NCBI GenBank assembly: GCA_963843795.1
Contig: CAWJLW010000006.1
Span: 620,001-684,000, forward strand
Source: an uncultured bacterium
Lineage (GTDB): Bacteria > Armatimonadota > Abditibacteriia > Abditibacteriales > Abditibacteriaceae
Reading direction: 5' to 3'
Length of the DNA stretch: 64,000 nucleotides
Shown here: positions 40,653-51,819 of the stretch, piece by piece
How positions within the stretch are numbered: the first letter of the stretch is position 1
Layout: each line of letters opens with the position of its first letter
Notes under the pieces: generated by a model
What the model was told of the DNA's origin: nothing
Database searches by the model: none
The model's input: the letters and a program-made list of their open reading frames with translations, nothing else
Program-made: the position numbers and the translations under genes

Positions 40653-43600
40653 ATGTATTGCAGTTGGGAAATCCGCAGGACGTTTAAAAAACATTGTGGC
40701 GTTATTGCAGGTGTCGCGCTATGGAGTTTGGCAGGCGCACACGCGTCGTATGCGCAAAATGTGGGCGATTTAGGTGGTTCGCCGTTTCGCATCAGTAATT
40801 TAACGACCAACAATTCGCGCTTCATCGAACACAATGACGTCACAAGCGATGATCGTGGTGGCCTCGCTTTGACGCCCAATGGCATTATTTACAGTGGCGA
40901 TAGCCAATCGGCAGTTTTTCCACGCGATTTATCGACGGCGACTGGTTTGGGCCTGATTTATGACGGCTTGGTTTCGGATTTGAAAACTGAAACCGCTTAC
41001 GAATTTGCTACCGGAACCGCAATGCCCGGCCAACAAGGCTATGACTCAGCCAATGTAGATACCTTGTTGGAAATTGGTGCCAATGGAGCACTAACGGGAG
41101 ACAGCATCACGTTGTCTCAACCAATTGATACTACTGGCAGTTCTCGGGTTGGTATTTTTTCCGGCTTTGGCCGCATTGTAGTGGCGACATCGCAGGGTGT
41201 ATTCCATATTGAGATGCCGACCGGGCAGGTCACGGTTTTGCCCGCGATTACGTTGTCAGATACTGTTTCGACTTCGGAAAGTTTCAACTTTGCCAGATCG
41301 GGTATATTTTGGGGTACAGCGGAGTATTACTCAGGCGAATTGTATCTTGACTATCTGATTTATGGCCCGAATTATCCTGTGCGGACAGTTTTACGTCAGC
41401 GCGTTTCTGATGGAGCAAGCGAAACGCTGGCCACGATTGGCGCAGCCGGTGAGGACAGCGGCCTAAGCGATGCAGCTTCGTTTATTGTTTCGCCGAGCAC
41501 GAGACGTTGGTTCGTTCATTACGAAGGCAACGGCATCTTTGATAATGGCAATACCAATGAAGTTCTGGCTGTCGCCGACGCTGTCTTTTCACAAATTGTA
41601 ACTAACCTGAACGACAGCGGCGAAGGCAGCCTGCGACAGGCGATTCTCGACGCCAATTCGGGCGGCGGTTCTCAAATTCTTTTTGATCTTGCCAATACCG
41701 CTCCTCACGTTATTGCTTTACAATCGCCCCTGCCTGCTTTGAACGAATCAGTTGCCATAGATGGCACCGGACAAGATATCGTTCTTGATGGTTCGGCTCT
41801 GGGAGCCAATGGTACTGGCTTGGTGCTCAACGGTCGCAATAACATCAGAGGTCTGACGCTGCGTAATTTCGCCAGCAAGGGCGTTGTCGTGCTGGCTGGC
41901 GCAAGCAATAAGATCGACCGCGTTCAGTTCCAGAATAATGGTTTGGGCATCGATTTGAACAACGATGGCCCCACGCCTAACGACGTGCTGGACGAGGATG
42001 AAGGCCCCAACGGTTTACAAAACTCTCCCACTCTGACAACCGCTTTCACCTCCGGCAGCAACACGTTGGTACGGGGCACCTTGCAGGGTGTTCCGTTCAC
42101 CTCCTATCGCATCCAGTTGTTCTCGACAGTGCCCGCCAACTCGGTGAAATCTGGAAATGGCGCGACGTATGTGCAGGAAGTCGTTGTTACCACCAACAAT
42201 CGTGGTGTGGCGAGTTTCAGCGCGTCTTTGCCGCAGCAAGCAGCCGGCGCTAGCATCACGGCAATAACCACCGATAGCAGCGGCAACAGTTCGGAAATTT
42301 CCAACGCAGTCGTGGTCGATGTGGGCCTTATCAGCGTCGCCACCACAACGCTGAGCGTCAATGAAAATGCTGGCAGCGCGACGGTGCAAGTCACACGTAC
42401 CGATGGTACTGGTGGCCCGACTTCGGTGGATTATGCCACCAGCGGCATTTCGGCGGCGCAACCCGCCGATTACATGGGCGTGAGCGGAACGCTCAATTTC
42501 GCGCCTGGCGAAGCAACCAAAACCATCACAGTTCCCATCATTGCCGATAATATCGACGAAACGGACGAAACTTTTGCTCTCACCTTGAGCAACCCGATCA
42601 ATGGCAGCGCCATTGGCGATGCTACAACAACTGTCACGATTGTGGACGCCAGCCCAACACCAACCTTAAACGTGCAAAACGTGAGCGTGAATGAAGGCAC
42701 CACAACGCAAAATGCGGCTGAAGTGGCCTTTGTGCTTTCCAATCCTTCCTCCCGTCCGGTCACGTTCAATTTCTCGACCACTTCGGGTACGGCGCGCGCC
42801 AACAGCGATTACACGCCGCGTTCAGGTTCGCTAACTTTTGCGCCCGGACAAACTCAACTCACCCAAAGCATTCCGATCATCAACGACAACGTGCCGGAAA
42901 ACACGGAAACCTTCGCAGTTGCCCCCAGCAATGTGGTCAATGCGGCGCCGGGCAGCGTGGGAACGGTTACGATTCTGGACGATGACGGCACGACAACTCT
43001 CGCCATCACTTCGCCGCAAGATGGCAGCACCGCTACCGAACTGCAACCGATTCGTGGCACGACCTTAAATGCTGGCCCGAACGCGACGGTTACCGTCACC
43101 ATTCGGCGCGCCGATGGTTTGTATTTCGATGGCACGAATTACACTGCCGAGCCGGTGCAACTGGCGACTTCGCGCTCAGATCAAAACTGGTTCCTGTTGC
43201 CCGGATTAGCACCGACTGGCGGAGAATTATTCGACGGACGTTATCAAATCGAAGCCAAACTGGCCGATGATGGCGTGACGGCTTCGACGGTGGCCACAGT
43301 CACCATTAATCGTGCTGCCCCGCAAGTTAGCATCAATACGCCGCAAGATGGTGCCGTTCTCACTGCGCTCGAACAGTTCGGCCCGATTCGCGGTAGCGCT
43401 CCTAATGCTGGCCCCGGAGCAGAAATCACCGTCAGCATTCAGCGTTTCGATGGTTTGTATTTTGATGGCGCGAAGTTCATCGCCACTCCCACGCAATTGG
43501 CGACTTCGCGCGCTGGCGACAACTGGTATTTGCTACCCGGACTTGCGCCTGACGCACGCGAAACAACCGATGGCCGCTATCGCATTGTCGCGACGGCAAC

Positions 43601-44291
43601 TGAATTCGGAAAAAGTACAAGGGCCACTGCGACCGTCACGCTCGACCGCGTAGCACCGCAAATTCGCATCACGACACCCGTCGATGGTAGCGAAGTTGGC
43701 ACGCTGTCCAAAATCGCCGGTCTGGCCGCCGACCGTGGCAGCAAAGTGAGCCAAGTCGCCTTGTTGTTGCAACGTCTCAGCGATAAAAAGTTCTGGAATG
43801 GTCGCGAATTCCAAACCGAACAGTTCCTGATTCCCACCCGTTTCGATGGCCGCAACTGGGTGAGAGACACGAATTTGCCGACTCCTGAGGATTTGCAGAA
43901 CGGTCAGTATCGCATTCGTGCCACCGCCTTCGATAGCGCGCTTAACCGCACTTTTGTCGAAAGCACCGTGACTTTCAATGCCAACGCTGGCAAACCGCCG
44001 GTTTCCGATCAGCTGTCGAGCGTAACCGCAGCCAACGGCGATGTGACTTTGAACTTCAAGACTGCTTTGAACTTAGATAGCGCACAAATCGCTGCTAACT
44101 ACCGCATCACGATCAACGGCGAAGCCGTGACTCCGACCGGCGCGCAAGTACTTGCCGGTGGTACCAGCGTGAAACTGACACTGCCCGCAGACGCATTAAC
44201 AAGTGGCGATGTGTTCCAGGCCAGCTACCGAGTGCGCGCTGCCGATGGCCGCACTCTGCAAGGCGCATCCGCACTGCAACGCGCCCAATAG
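40653..44291 (+). CDS. Secreted multidomain surface protein with Calx-beta and repeated Ig-like domains
   Basis: Signal peptide; 'VTNLNDSGEGSLRQAI'; two Calx-beta units (SVNENAG..GTLNFAPGE..E.F); three 'ITxPxDG..DG.Y.I' repeats. Confidence 0.85.
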   Translation: MYCSWEIRRTFKKHCGVIAGVALWSLAGAHASYAQNVGDLGGSPFRISNLTTNNSRFIEHNDVTSDDRGGLALTPNGIIYSGDSQSAVFPRDLSTATGLGLIYDGLVSDLKTETAYEFATGTAMPGQQGYDSANVDTLLEIGANGALTGDSITLSQPIDTTGSSRVGIFSGFGRIVVATSQGVFHIEMPTGQVTVLPAITLSDTVSTSESFNFARSGIFWGTAEYYSGELYLDYLIYGPNYPVRTVLRQRVSDGASETLATIGAAGEDSGLSDAASFIVSPSTRRWFVHYEGNGIFDNGNTNEVLAVADAVFSQIVTNLNDSGEGSLRQAILDANSGGGSQILFDLANTAPHVIALQSPLPALNESVAIDGTGQDIVLDGSALGANGTGLVLNGRNNIRGLTLRNFASKGVVVLAGASNKIDRVQFQNNGLGIDLNNDGPTPNDVLDEDEGPNGLQNSPTLTTAFTSGSNTLVRGTLQGVPFTSYRIQLFSTVPANSVKSGNGATYVQEVVVTTNNRGVASFSASLPQQAAGASITAITTDSSGNSSEISNAVVVDVGLISVATTTLSVNENAGSATVQVTRTDGTGGPTSVDYATSGISAAQPADYMGVSGTLNFAPGEATKTITVPIIADNIDETDETFALTLSNPINGSAIGDATTTVTIVDASPTPTLNVQNVSVNEGTTTQNAAEVAFVLSNPSSRPVTFNFSTTSGTARANSDYTPRSGSLTFAPGQTQLTQSIPIINDNVPENTETFAVAPSNVVNAAPGSVGTVTILDDDGTTTLAITSPQDGSTATELQPIRGTTLNAGPNATVTVTIRRADGLYFDGTNYTAEPVQLATSRSDQNWFLLPGLAPTGGELFDGRYQIEAKLADDGVTASTVATVTINRAAPQVSINTPQDGAVLTALEQFGPIRGSAPNAGPGAEITVSIQRFDGLYFDGAKFIATPTQLATSRAGDNWYLLPGLAPDARETTDGRYRIVATATEFGKSTRATATVTLDRVAPQIRITTPVDGSEVGTLSKIAGLAADRGSKVSQVALLLQRLSDKKFWNGREFQTEQFLIPTRFDGRNWVRDTNLPTPEDLQNGQYRIRATAFDSALNRTFVESTVTFNANAGKPPVSDQLSSVTAANGDVTLNFKTALNLDSAQIAANYRITINGEAVTPTGAQVLAGGTSVKLTLPADALTSGDVFQASYRVRAADGRTLQGASALQRAQ

Positions 44292-44327
44292 TTTCGCCAG
44301 TTCAAGAGCACAAAATCTGTTTAATCC

Positions 44328-44377
44328 CAAACGCCACGCGCCGCCTGCAACTAGTTGCAGGCGGCGCGTGGCGTTTG
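44328..44377 (+). terminator. 50-bp perfect palindrome with variant core GCAACTAGTTGC
   Basis: CAAACGCCACGCGCCGCCTGCAACT|AGTTGCAGGCGGCGCGTGGCGTTTG. Confidence 0.7.
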
Positions 44378-44475
44378 TTCTATTTTTATGGTTTTTACAT
44401 TGTGGCTTGTAAACTTTCTGTGTTGCCGAATTAAGCTATTATTTGTGCCGCAAGTACTTGCCACGAGGAATTGAA

Positions 44476-44829
44476 ATGTCTATGATCATGCTGCTCGGAA
44501 TTATGGTATTGTTCGCCTTGGTGCCCGCCGCCTTGATTACCATTGCTTTATCGGCGCGCATCGCTGGCCTCAAACGCGAAATCGAAGAACTCAAACGCAA
44601 CGCAAATATCACACCTGTTGAACTGCCAGCCTATTCGGCAACCGCTTTTCCATCGGTCATGGCACCACCCATTCCGCATTGGAACACCTTAGAGCACGAT
44701 GCGCAATTGCTGGATTTAATCCGGCGCGGTGAGAAAATTCAAGCCATCAAACTTTATCGTGAACGCACTGGAATCGGTCTTAAAGAAGCCAAAGAAGCCG
44801 TCGAAGATTTGGCCCATCGCCAACTTTAA
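44476..44829 (+). CDS. Membrane-anchored protein with L7/L12 C-terminal-like domain
   Basis: N-terminal TM; 'KIQAIKLYRERTGIGLKEAKEAVE'. Confidence 0.75.
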   Translation: MSMIMLLGIMVLFALVPAALITIALSARIAGLKREIEELKRNANITPVELPAYSATAFPSVMAPPIPHWNTLEHDAQLLDLIRRGEKIQAIKLYRERTGIGLKEAKEAVEDLAHRQL

Positions 44830-44842
44830 AATTTTGGCAAAG

Positions 44843-45625
44843 TCACGCCTGTAACAATTGCGCGATTTTTTCTCGCATCGGCGCGACGGCTTCGGGACTC
44901 ATGCCCAGAATATGCGGGTCGGTGAAAAAAGCGTTGCGAGCATGGTAATTAATTTCCAGATGCGTACGCGAACCGATTTCGCCCAGCTTTATGCCCAGCG
45001 CCGAATCGCGGCCCACAATGCCGTCGTGCTCGTGTTCGCCGCGCCCATCGCGATAGGTAAGCGCCATGAAATGATACTTGTCGCGCATCGCGCGGTCGCG
45101 TGGATGTCCATTCAGATTCTTGAGCGTTCGGCTATATTGAGTGAGCGTGGTTGCACCGGGATCGAGCATTAAGGGCACGCGCAGCGCAGACCAGCCCATC
45201 GCACCGTGATGGGGCGAACACAGCGCGACAAGATTACGGCATTCGAAACCGTAAGCGACCATCTGGCGCGCGATGATACCGCCCATTGAATAACCGATCA
45301 GTGTCACATCCCCGTCGCGCACGCCCGCTTTGCGCAAGGCTTTAATGATGCGACGCGCCGAGCGTTGAAAACTTTTCCAGTGCGTATCATAAGTGACGCG
45401 CCAGAAAGTGCAATGATCGTTGGTTTCGCTATGGAGCGCACGTTCCCATGCGCGCATCTGGCGCTCGGTCGAGTGCCAACCGTGCATCAAAACGACGTGG
45501 TGTGGCCCGCTGCCGCTGTTGAACAGCTCGACATGACGCGGGCGCGCTACCTGCCACAAAAAGCGCGCTTCGTTGAGCAAGTTGAAGCGCGGTGCATCTT
45601 CGGGCGGCACAATCGATTCGGCCAT
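44843..45625 (-). CDS. Alpha/beta hydrolase (lipase/esterase-like)
   Basis: LMHGW, GYSMGG nucleophile elbow, SPHHG, DGIV. Confidence 0.85.
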   Translation of the reverse strand: MAESIVPPEDAPRFNLLNEARFLWQVARPRHVELFNSGSGPHHVVLMHGWHSTERQMRAWERALHSETNDHCTFWRVTYDTHWKSFQRSARRIIKALRKAGVRDGDVTLIGYSMGGIIARQMVAYGFECRNLVALCSPHHGAMGWSALRVPLMLDPGATTLTQYSRTLKNLNGHPRDRAMRDKYHFMALTYRDGRGEHEHDGIVGRDSALGIKLGEIGSRTHLEINYHARNAFFTDPHILGMSPEAVAPMREKIAQLLQA

Positions 45626-45633
45626 AATTTCTT

Positions 45634-46368
45634 TTAAAATAAGCTCGGCTGCGCGGACGCGACTTTGGCCACCGGTTCGTCTGCGCTCATCGGCAAAATG
45701 CAGTCGGGTGCGTCGTAAGCGGGGGCGTTGATTTTGGTATCAATCGCATAAGCTTCCATCTCGTCCGCGCTCAACGGCTGCAAAAGCGGCAGCAGTTCAT
45801 CGAATTCTTGTAGGTTTGGGTCGAGCCATTTGACCTCATCTTCGGGCCGTAAAATCACCGCCATACGATGATGCAACGTCGCTAAAAGCGAGTTGGGCGG
45901 GCCGGTGATAATCGTACAACTTTTCAAAACCGGCGCGTCTGGTTCCTCTTTGGGACGCCATTCTTCCCACAAACCCGCAAACGCGAACAAACGTTGGTCT
46001 TCAAAACGAATGTGCATTGGCTGCTTGCGATTGCTGGTTGCGCGCTCGTCTTTCCATTCGTAAAACCCATCGGCGGGAATCAGGCAGCGCCGTTGCTTGA
46101 TCGCGTATTTGAACGAAGCTTTTTCGTCCAAAGTTTCCACACGCGCGTTAATCATTTTGTTGCCAATACTGGCATCTTTCGCCCAAAATGGCACTAACCC
46201 CCAGCGGAAATCACTGAGTTTGCGGCCCTGCGCATCGAGCGTTATCGCTGCAATCGGCTGTGAGGGCGCGATATTGTAGCGTGGTTCGGTTTCAAACAGC
46301 ACGCGCTGCACATCGAAGCGCTGCGCAATTTGTTCGGTGGAATGATGAAGAGTAAATCGTCCGCACAT
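45634..46368 (-). CDS. SOS response-associated peptidase (SRAP/YedK)
   Basis: MCGRF N-terminus, YNIAPSQ, WGLVP, INARVET, RCLIPADGFYEW, HHRMAVIL. Confidence 0.92.
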   Translation of the reverse strand: MCGRFTLHHSTEQIAQRFDVQRVLFETEPRYNIAPSQPIAAITLDAQGRKLSDFRWGLVPFWAKDASIGNKMINARVETLDEKASFKYAIKQRRCLIPADGFYEWKDERATSNRKQPMHIRFEDQRLFAFAGLWEEWRPKEEPDAPVLKSCTIITGPPNSLLATLHHRMAVILRPEDEVKWLDPNLQEFDELLPLLQPLSADEMEAYAIDTKINAPAYDAPDCILPMSADEPVAKVASAQPSLF

Positions 46369-46450
46369 AATCAAGAAGAGCAAGCAAAATTTCGGCCTGC
46401 ATCAATGCTACAGGTCCTTGCAGCATAGTTTACGATGAATTCGGGCGACA

Positions 46451-46484
46451 AAAATGGCTCTGCAAGTACTTGCAGAGCCATTTT
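46451..46484 (-). terminator. leuS terminator centred on GCAAGTACTTGC
   Basis: AAAATGGCTCTGCAAGT|ACTTGCAGAGCCATTTT. Confidence 0.75.
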
Positions 46485-46504
46485 GAAATTCGCTCAGTGC
46501 GAAT

Positions 46505-49027
46505 TTAAATCACGATATTCACCAAACGTCCCGGCACGACAATCACGCGCTTGGGCGTCGCGCCATCCAACTGCGCGATAATTTCCGGTGCTTGTAAAGC
46601 CGTGCTTTCCAATTCGTCTTTGGAAGCTTCGGCGGAAACTTGCAATTTTGCGCGCAGCTTGCCGTTGATCTGAACTGGCACTGTGATTTCCTCTTCGCGC
46701 GCGCGCGCTTCATCGAACTGCGGCCACGCGCTTTCAAACGAAGTTTGTGTTAAGCCCAATCGCGCCATCAATTCGTCGCTTGCGTGTGGCGCAAATGGCG
46801 ACAAACACAGTAACAAATTTTCCACCGCTGCACTGTAAACAACCGAAGCAATTTCGCTATCATCGTCTTTATTCGCTTCGTGCCACGCATACAGCGCGTT
46901 GATAAATTCCATCAGTGCGGCCAATGCTGTGTTGAAGCTGAAACGCTCGATGTCATTTCCCACGCGCTTAATCGTTTGCTGCGTTTTGCGATCCAGATTA
47001 CGATGCGCACTCGGGGCATCCGCAAGTACTTGCGGGTTCAATTTCTCGCGCCAATTCGTATCAAATGCGCGTAGCTGCGCAAAACGCCAAACCCTTTCCA
47101 GAAAGCGATACGGCCCAGAAAAAACTTTGTCGCTTTCCTTGTCCCATTCGGCATCGAGTTCGGGCGGGCCGAGATATAAAGTTGCGATACGTGTGGCATC
47201 GGCGCCGAAACGCTGCACTGCATCGTCCAAGCCAACGACGTTGCCTTTGCTTTTGCTCATCTTCACGGCCTTGCCTTCTTCGGGCGCGAACATCGTCACC
47301 ATGCCTTGGGTGAACAAGCGCGGAAACGGTTCGTTGACTGGGCACAAACCCATATCGAACAGCACTTTGGTGAAAAAGCGCGCGTAAATCAGGTGCATCG
47401 TCGCGTGCTCGACGCCGCCGACATACTGATCGACCGCCATCCAACGCTCGACTGCCGATTCTTCAAACGGGCCATCGCTGAAATTGGGCGAACAATAGCG
47501 GAGGAAATACCAGCTCGAATCGACAAAAGTGTCCATCGTATCGGTTTCGCGCCGCGCCGCGTTGCCTTGGCTATCGGTCGCATTGAGAAACGATTGGCTG
47601 CTGAGAAGTGGATTACCCTGACCAGTAAATTCCACATCGGTCGGCAGCAAAACCGGCAGTTCGCTTTCCGGCACGGCTTCGACTTCGCCATTTTCTTTAT
47701 AAACCATCGGAATCGGACAGCCCCAGTAACGCTGACGGCTCAAGCACCAATCGCGCAGCCGAAAGTTCACGGTAGGGCTACCAATGCCGCGCTCTTCCAT
47801 CCACTTCGTGATGGCGATTTTCGCCTCTGCTGAACTCAAACCATTGAATTCGCCGCTTTCTTTCAGCACGCCATAGTCGGTAAAAGCGCTGTCGCAGGTA
47901 CTTGCCGCGTCATTTGCAGGCGCAATTACGAAACGAATTGGCAAATTGTATTGCTGTGCGAACTCGAAATCGCGTTCATCGTGCGCCGGCACTGCCATGA
48001 CCGCGCCGCTGCCGTAATCGCTGAGAACATAATTGCCAATCCAAATTGGAATCGCTTCGCCGTTCAATGGATTGACGCAGAACGCGCCCAAATCCAAACC
48101 TTCTTTGGGCAGTTCGCCACGCTGATTATTGTCGCGCTGCTCGTCCTGCAAACGCGCAGTGCGATCTCGAAACTCTTTCACTTCAGCGGTTTTGTTGTGT
48201 TCGCGGGCCAGTTCATCGACCAAAGGATGATCGGGAGCCAGCACCATATAAGTCACGCCGAAAACCGTATCGACGCGTGTGGTGAAAACTTCGATTTCCT
48301 CGCCGCGATTTTGCACCCCAAAGCGAAACGTCGTGCCTTCGCTGCGACCAATCCATTCTCTCTGCATTTTAATCACGCGTTCGGGCCAATCGGTTAAAGT
48401 GTCCAAATCGTCCAAAAGCCGCTGTGCATAATCGGTAATTTTGAAAAACCATTGTGTGAGCGCTTTCTGCTCGACCAAGTGTCCGCATCGGTCGCATTTG
48501 CCATCTTTCACTTGCTCATTGGCCAGAACGGTTTGGTCGTTCGGGCACCAGTTGACCAAGGCTCTGCGGCGTTCGGCCAAGCCGCGCTCGTAGAATTTGA
48601 GAAACAGCCATTGCGTCCAGCGATAATAATCGGGTTTACAGGTCGTAACTTCGCGGCGCCAATCGAACGAAATGCCGAGTTTGGCGAACTGTTCGTGCAT
48701 GCGAGCGATGCAGGTGTCCGTCCAAATTTCGGGATGCGTGTGGTTCTTAATCGCCGCGTTTTCGGCGGGTAATCCGAACGAATCCCAGCCCATCGGATGT
48801 AGAACATCGAAGCCGTTCATCACACGATAACGCGCGACGACATCGCCGATGGCGTAGTTGCGGATGTGGCCGACGTGCAAATCGCCAGACGGGTAGGGAA
48901 ACATATCCAAATAGTAAAATTTGGGTTTGTTGGGGTCGGTGTCGGTTTGAAATAATTGGCCCTGCGCCCAGTTTTGCTGCCATTTCGGTTCGATGGCATT
49001 TGGGTCGTAACGTTCAATTTCGCTCAT
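46505..49027 (-). CDS. leuS: Leucine--tRNA ligase
   Basis: [50 protein letters not shown]; start placed at MSEIERY. Confidence 0.97.
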   Translation of the reverse strand: MSEIERYDPNAIEPKWQQNWAQGQLFQTDTDPNKPKFYYLDMFPYPSGDLHVGHIRNYAIGDVVARYRVMNGFDVLHPMGWDSFGLPAENAAIKNHTHPEIWTDTCIARMHEQFAKLGISFDWRREVTTCKPDYYRWTQWLFLKFYERGLAERRRALVNWCPNDQTVLANEQVKDGKCDRCGHLVEQKALTQWFFKITDYAQRLLDDLDTLTDWPERVIKMQREWIGRSEGTTFRFGVQNRGEEIEVFTTRVDTVFGVTYMVLAPDHPLVDELAREHNKTAEVKEFRDRTARLQDEQRDNNQRGELPKEGLDLGAFCVNPLNGEAIPIWIGNYVLSDYGSGAVMAVPAHDERDFEFAQQYNLPIRFVIAPANDAASTCDSAFTDYGVLKESGEFNGLSSAEAKIAITKWMEERGIGSPTVNFRLRDWCLSRQRYWGCPIPMVYKENGEVEAVPESELPVLLPTDVEFTGQGNPLLSSQSFLNATDSQGNAARRETDTMDTFVDSSWYFLRYCSPNFSDGPFEESAVERWMAVDQYVGGVEHATMHLIYARFFTKVLFDMGLCPVNEPFPRLFTQGMVTMFAPEEGKAVKMSKSKGNVVGLDDAVQRFGADATRIATLYLGPPELDAEWDKESDKVFSGPYRFLERVWRFAQLRAFDTNWREKLNPQVLADAPSAHRNLDRKTQQTIKRVGNDIERFSFNTALAALMEFINALYAWHEANKDDDSEIASVVYSAAVENLLLCLSPFAPHASDELMARLGLTQTSFESAWPQFDEARAREEEITVPVQINGKLRAKLQVSAEASKDELESTALQAPEIIAQLDGATPKRVIVVPGRLVNIVI

Positions 49028-49182
49028 AAAAACTCCAGAATTTCCGGCTAAAACGCGCTGCAAGTACTTGCAGCGCCTGATAAATGATTTTTGAGATGTT
49101 GCCAAACCGATAATTTTAACAATTCGTTGCACTGCAAGTACTTGCAGCACGATGGAAATTGTAAAATATCGGTTCGACAAAT

Positions 49183-50814
49183 ATGAAATCTCTGCCAGCG
49201 GCCAAAATCGAACGATCTTCCGTCGTCGCCGTAATTTTGAGCACGCTATGGCTATTGGGCTGGTTGGGTGTGTGGCGCTGGTATTCGTTGCAACAATGGC
49301 TCGACACGCCGTTCTACGCTTTGGATAAAGTGTCCGGACATTTTCAATCACCACAAATTCGCGCCACCGGTTTGCTTTTCCTGACACTTTCGCTGCTTCA
49401 CATGGGCGTTTGCATTTGGCTGGCGAAAGCGCAAAATCTCGTTTTGAACCGCACGCTAAAAATTGGTTTTGGTGTCGCGATAATCGGCGTTGCACTGGTG
49501 AATATCTTTTTGTATCCAATTGGTGCGGTCGATGTGTTTTATTACTTGTGCCAGCTAAAACTCCAATTTTTCTACGCGCAGAATCCTTATCTCACGGCGT
49601 TTGCGCCGTTGCACGAAAGCGACCCGTTCGCCAAATTTTCGCCATTTTTGGGCGCGATTGTAGTTTATGGGCCAGCGTGGTTTTTAGTTTCTTGGCCCGC
49701 GAGTCTGCTTTCAGGCTTCTCTTCGGTTCTTCAAGCGCTCATTGTTTATAAGATTTGGAGCGCGCTCTTCGTTCTGGCTTCGACGCTTGCCATCTACTTC
49801 TGCTGTCACGCGCGCGAGCAGCGCTGGCTGAGCGTGGCGTTGTTCGTTTTGAATCCGTTAGTTTGGTATGAAGCCGTTGGCAACGCGCACAACGACATCA
49901 TGATGACCGCGTTTTTGCTGGCCGCGATTTGGGCCGCGCGCGGGTTGAGCTTTCCTGCAGCGAAAAATGTCACCGAAAACTTTGCGGTCAACAAACAATC
50001 GGAACAATTGAGTTTCGACTTTGCGCTGCCACCTCGCGCGCCAGAAACCCCAATTACTGGGTCCAAGCGCACCCGACCGTTTTGGATTTTGACGCTGCCA
50101 TTTTTAATCGTTGCCATTCTCATCAAGCCGACATGCGCGCCTTTGCTGTGGGTTTTTGCCATTTGGCTTTGGCGCGCGGGCTGGAGATGGCGCCGTTTTC
50201 TGCTTTCTGGTGCGTTGGCTGTCATCGTGGCATGGCTCGCGTTTTGGCCGTTCTGGAGCGGCGGCGCAATGTTAGCGGGCTGGCAAAATGGCATCGCATC
50301 TTCAGTCAATTTTTCGACCGGCTCACTGGTTTCGGTTGCGCGCGAATGGATGCAGGCGCGCGGTAGTGAAGACACTACGCTGATGCTGATTCGACCGGTT
50401 TTACTCCAATGGCTCGTCTTTATCACGCTGGTTTCGCCGTGGGTAGTTCGCCATTTCGAACACAATTTGGCGGTTGTTTTGGCCACTTTTTACCTGCTGG
50501 CAGGTTCGCTATTTTCGTGGTATTTGTTGCCGATAATCGCCGTGCTTTCACTGCGCCCGAATCGCGTTTCATGCGCTTATATTTTCCTGGCTTCAACGCT
50601 GGCGTTTCAATTCAATGTGCTCAGCGTGTGGGCGTGGTTCGATTCGCCGTTTGCCGCTCAGCCGCTGCAAATTCACCTCGGTGAAAGCGTGATTTTGGCG
50701 TTACCTTTAGTTTTGCTGACAGTTGCGTCGCTACGCTTTTGGCGGCCTCGAAAGTTGCGCGGATGGCGGCGCTTGCAATTGCGCGCTGATGATGAAATAA
50801 AGGGCAATCGTTAA
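49183..50814 (+). CDS. Polytopic GT-C type glycosyltransferase (MptA/B-like)
   Basis: Many TM helices; DVFYY, NPY, VYGP, 'LNPL....VGNAHND', 'LIKP'. Confidence 0.65.
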   Translation: MKSLPAAKIERSSVVAVILSTLWLLGWLGVWRWYSLQQWLDTPFYALDKVSGHFQSPQIRATGLLFLTLSLLHMGVCIWLAKAQNLVLNRTLKIGFGVAIIGVALVNIFLYPIGAVDVFYYLCQLKLQFFYAQNPYLTAFAPLHESDPFAKFSPFLGAIVVYGPAWFLVSWPASLLSGFSSVLQALIVYKIWSALFVLASTLAIYFCCHAREQRWLSVALFVLNPLVWYEAVGNAHNDIMMTAFLLAAIWAARGLSFPAAKNVTENFAVNKQSEQLSFDFALPPRAPETPITGSKRTRPFWILTLPFLIVAILIKPTCAPLLWVFAIWLWRAGWRWRRFLLSGALAVIVAWLAFWPFWSGGAMLAGWQNGIASSVNFSTGSLVSVAREWMQARGSEDTTLMLIRPVLLQWLVFITLVSPWVVRHFEHNLAVVLATFYLLAGSLFSWYLLPIIAVLSLRPNRVSCAYIFLASTLAFQFNVLSVWAWFDSPFAAQPLQIHLGESVILALPLVLLTVASLRFWRPRKLRGWRRLQLRADDEIKGNR

Positions 50815-51696
50815 AACCAGCACCAAAAGTCCGGCCCACAGCAAAGCAAAGCGTTCGTCGCGCGTGAATTGAAAAAATTTCCAGTTCGGAATCGCCACGC
50901 CCAAACCAATAAACAGCAAACCGGGCAAAAACGGCACAATTCCCGAAACAATCAACAAAAGTGCAATGGTAATGAGCGGTGTGACCCAATTCAGCGCGCC
51001 GCGCGCGTTCATCTGATGCGAGTGCAAAATGGTGAAAAATAAGCCGAGAAAAAGAAAATCGCCCGCACCAATTGAAGCGATTTCGACGCTGTAGTTCGAG
51101 CCGGTCGCCGTTCCGATTTTCGGCATCGCGGCCATCGCTTTTTCGGCCACGCCTTTGGTTTTTTCGCTTTGCAACATCTGGCTCACGATGCCACCAAACA
51201 TCACGCCCCAAATGTCAATGAGCGCTGTCGCTGCACAAATCGGCCCGACCATGTTCGGATAACGAACCAAGTGCGAGAGCAGCGCGCCGCCGCTCATCGC
51301 GGCCAGCATCAAACACAGCGGTCGAATTGTGAAATTCAACAAGCCCAAAGTTTGTAACGCTTGCGGCGTTGGCTGTCCAGCACTCCGAATGGCGTTGCCC
51401 AGATAAGGTCGCAGCACCCATTCCGAAAGCGCCCACAGTGCGCCAGTTATCAAAAGCCACAAAAGCGCTTTTCGGACTGAAGGCCGCAAAATTCCCAACG
51501 CATTGACCAAACGCATCACGAAAAACACGTAAATCGCGGTCAATAAAACGCCGCTGATTTGCGCGGTAATTAAATTCGGTACCGGAATGAATGGCGTGGC
51601 GATGCTGAGAACGAACAAGGCCAGCAGCCACAAAATTGGTTTGTCGTAAACGGCAGATTTGGGTTGGGTGATTGGTGCTAAAAGCGTTTCGTTCAT
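50731..51696 (-). CDS. Polytopic membrane protein with GxGD motif (presenilin/SPP-like aspartyl protease candidate)
   Basis: TM 'ALIDIWGV', TM 'IGAGDFLF', late 'LPGLLFI'. Confidence 0.6.
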   Translation of the reverse strand: MNETLLAPITQPKSAVYDKPILWLLALFVLSIATPFIPVPNLITAQISGVLLTAIYVFFVMRLVNALGILRPSVRKALLWLLITGALWALSEWVLRPYLGNAIRSAGQPTPQALQTLGLLNFTIRPLCLMLAAMSGGALLSHLVRYPNMVGPICAATALIDIWGVMFGGIVSQMLQSEKTKGVAEKAMAAMPKIGTATGSNYSVEIASIGAGDFLFLGLFFTILHSHQMNARGALNWVTPLITIALLLIVSGIVPFLPGLLFIGLGVAIPNWKFFQFTRDERFALLWAGLLVLVLTIALYFIISAQLQAPPSAQLSRPPKA

Positions 51697-51819
51697 AAAA
51701 GTGACGTTGCAAGTACTTGCAAGAAGCATTGTGCGGATAAATCTCTTTTTCATCATAGCAAGTACTTGCGGGGTAAGTTGGCTACACTGTCGCAGAGAAT
51801 AACCGAAAAGGAAACCAAT

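Noticed and set aside
44476..44829. Ribosomal protein L7/L12 (rplL)
   Set aside because: It has a TM N-terminus, only the short C-terminal motif, and no ribosomal operon context.
46505..49519. 1004-aa LeuS with a 164-aa N-terminal extension
   Set aside because: The extension crosses two palindromes and overlaps the divergent gene; the recognisable protein starts at MSEIERY (49027).
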